A DNA stretch of 16,851 bases from Leptospirales bacterium (GTDB lineage Bacteria; Spirochaetota; Leptospiria; Turneriellales; JAOUFE01), in assembly GCA_040326155.1 (NCBI GenBank), contig JBEQLE010000053.1, positions 13,026 through 29,876 of the forward strand, in the 5' to 3' direction. This document shows, in pieces, positions 16,324 to 16,851 of this stretch. Made by a program: the position numbers and the translations under genes. Numbering within the stretch: position 1 is the first letter of the stretch; every line of letters begins with the position of its first letter. The notes below the pieces were generated by a model that made no database searches, was not told the origin of the DNA, and saw nothing but the letters and a program-made list of their open reading frames with translations.

Positions 16324-16563
16324 AAAAGACGATTATTATTTCAGCAGCATTGTCAATCGATAATTTATGAATCGCTAGAAAAAAGGGGGGTCTGTGGAAT
16401 AGAGATGTATTCTTCTATTACTATTATCTATTGCAACTTCTTGTACCGTAAAATTCACAAAATAAATTGATGAAAATCTTTTCCTTTACAGTAAGCATAT
16501 AATTATTCACTCTGCAATAGATAAATACCAAGTATTTATGAAAGCATAAAGTTGAGGCCGTAA

Positions 16564-16779
16564 ATGAGCGAGATTAATTTTTTTCAAGAATCAAATATCC
16601 CAAATTTAGTTATATTTATATTGTTCATCTTACCAGGCTTTATCTCTTTAAAAGTCTACACTTTAATCTACCCCTACAAATCTGAATCCTATTCACATTA
16701 TATTTTTGAAATCGTGTTATACAGTTGCATTAACTATGTTTTAAATATTTGGTTGATTCTATCTTATATGAATTACTGA
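16564..16779 (+). pseudogene. DUF6338-like membrane protein, N-terminal part, interrupted by an IS
   Basis: LVIFILFILPGFISLKVY...YSCINY hydrophobic pattern; GAGG upstream. The stop codon TGA (16777-16779) coincides with the first bases of the IS3-like end. Confidence 0.6.
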
Positions 16780-16851
16780 TATGACCCCATTTTTCTGGAC
16801 ACCTCTGCGTAAAAATAAAGAGGTGATAAAATGGCAAAATACGATGAAGAG
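16777..16851 (+). mobile_element. Left end of an IS3-family insertion sequence with the start of orfA
   Basis: TGATATGACCCCATTTTTCTGGACAC starts with TG and has the CCCC...GGACA pattern of IS3-family inverted repeats. It is followed by SD GAGGTG and ATG 16831 encoding MAKYDEE, resembling the 'KYxxEFK' start of IS3 OrfA. Confidence 0.75.

Overview
Bacterial chromosomal window mixing housekeeping genes with small accessory patches. In order: the 5' part of carB (minus, runs off the left edge); a RelE/HigB-type toxin plus XRE antitoxin set inside a modular intergenic repeat family that ends in a 107-bp tandem repeat, each copy carrying a consensus sigma70 promoter; a YhaM-like OB+HD nuclease; a stand-alone, diverged IS1182-type transposase N-terminal domain; a membrane-anchored GyrI-like protein; sbcC and sbcD; a DUF4258/YgiT-zinc-finger pair followed by an internally deleted IS4-family remnant; a truncated glnA preceded by a CGGAA-N6-TTCCG (NrpR-type) palindrome and one base out of frame with a GT2 glycosyltransferase; three tandem AIM24 paralogues plus an M48 peptidase; and a DUF6338-like membrane gene cut by the left end of an IS3-family element at the right edge. 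All family assignments come from motif recognition by eye; no searches were run.
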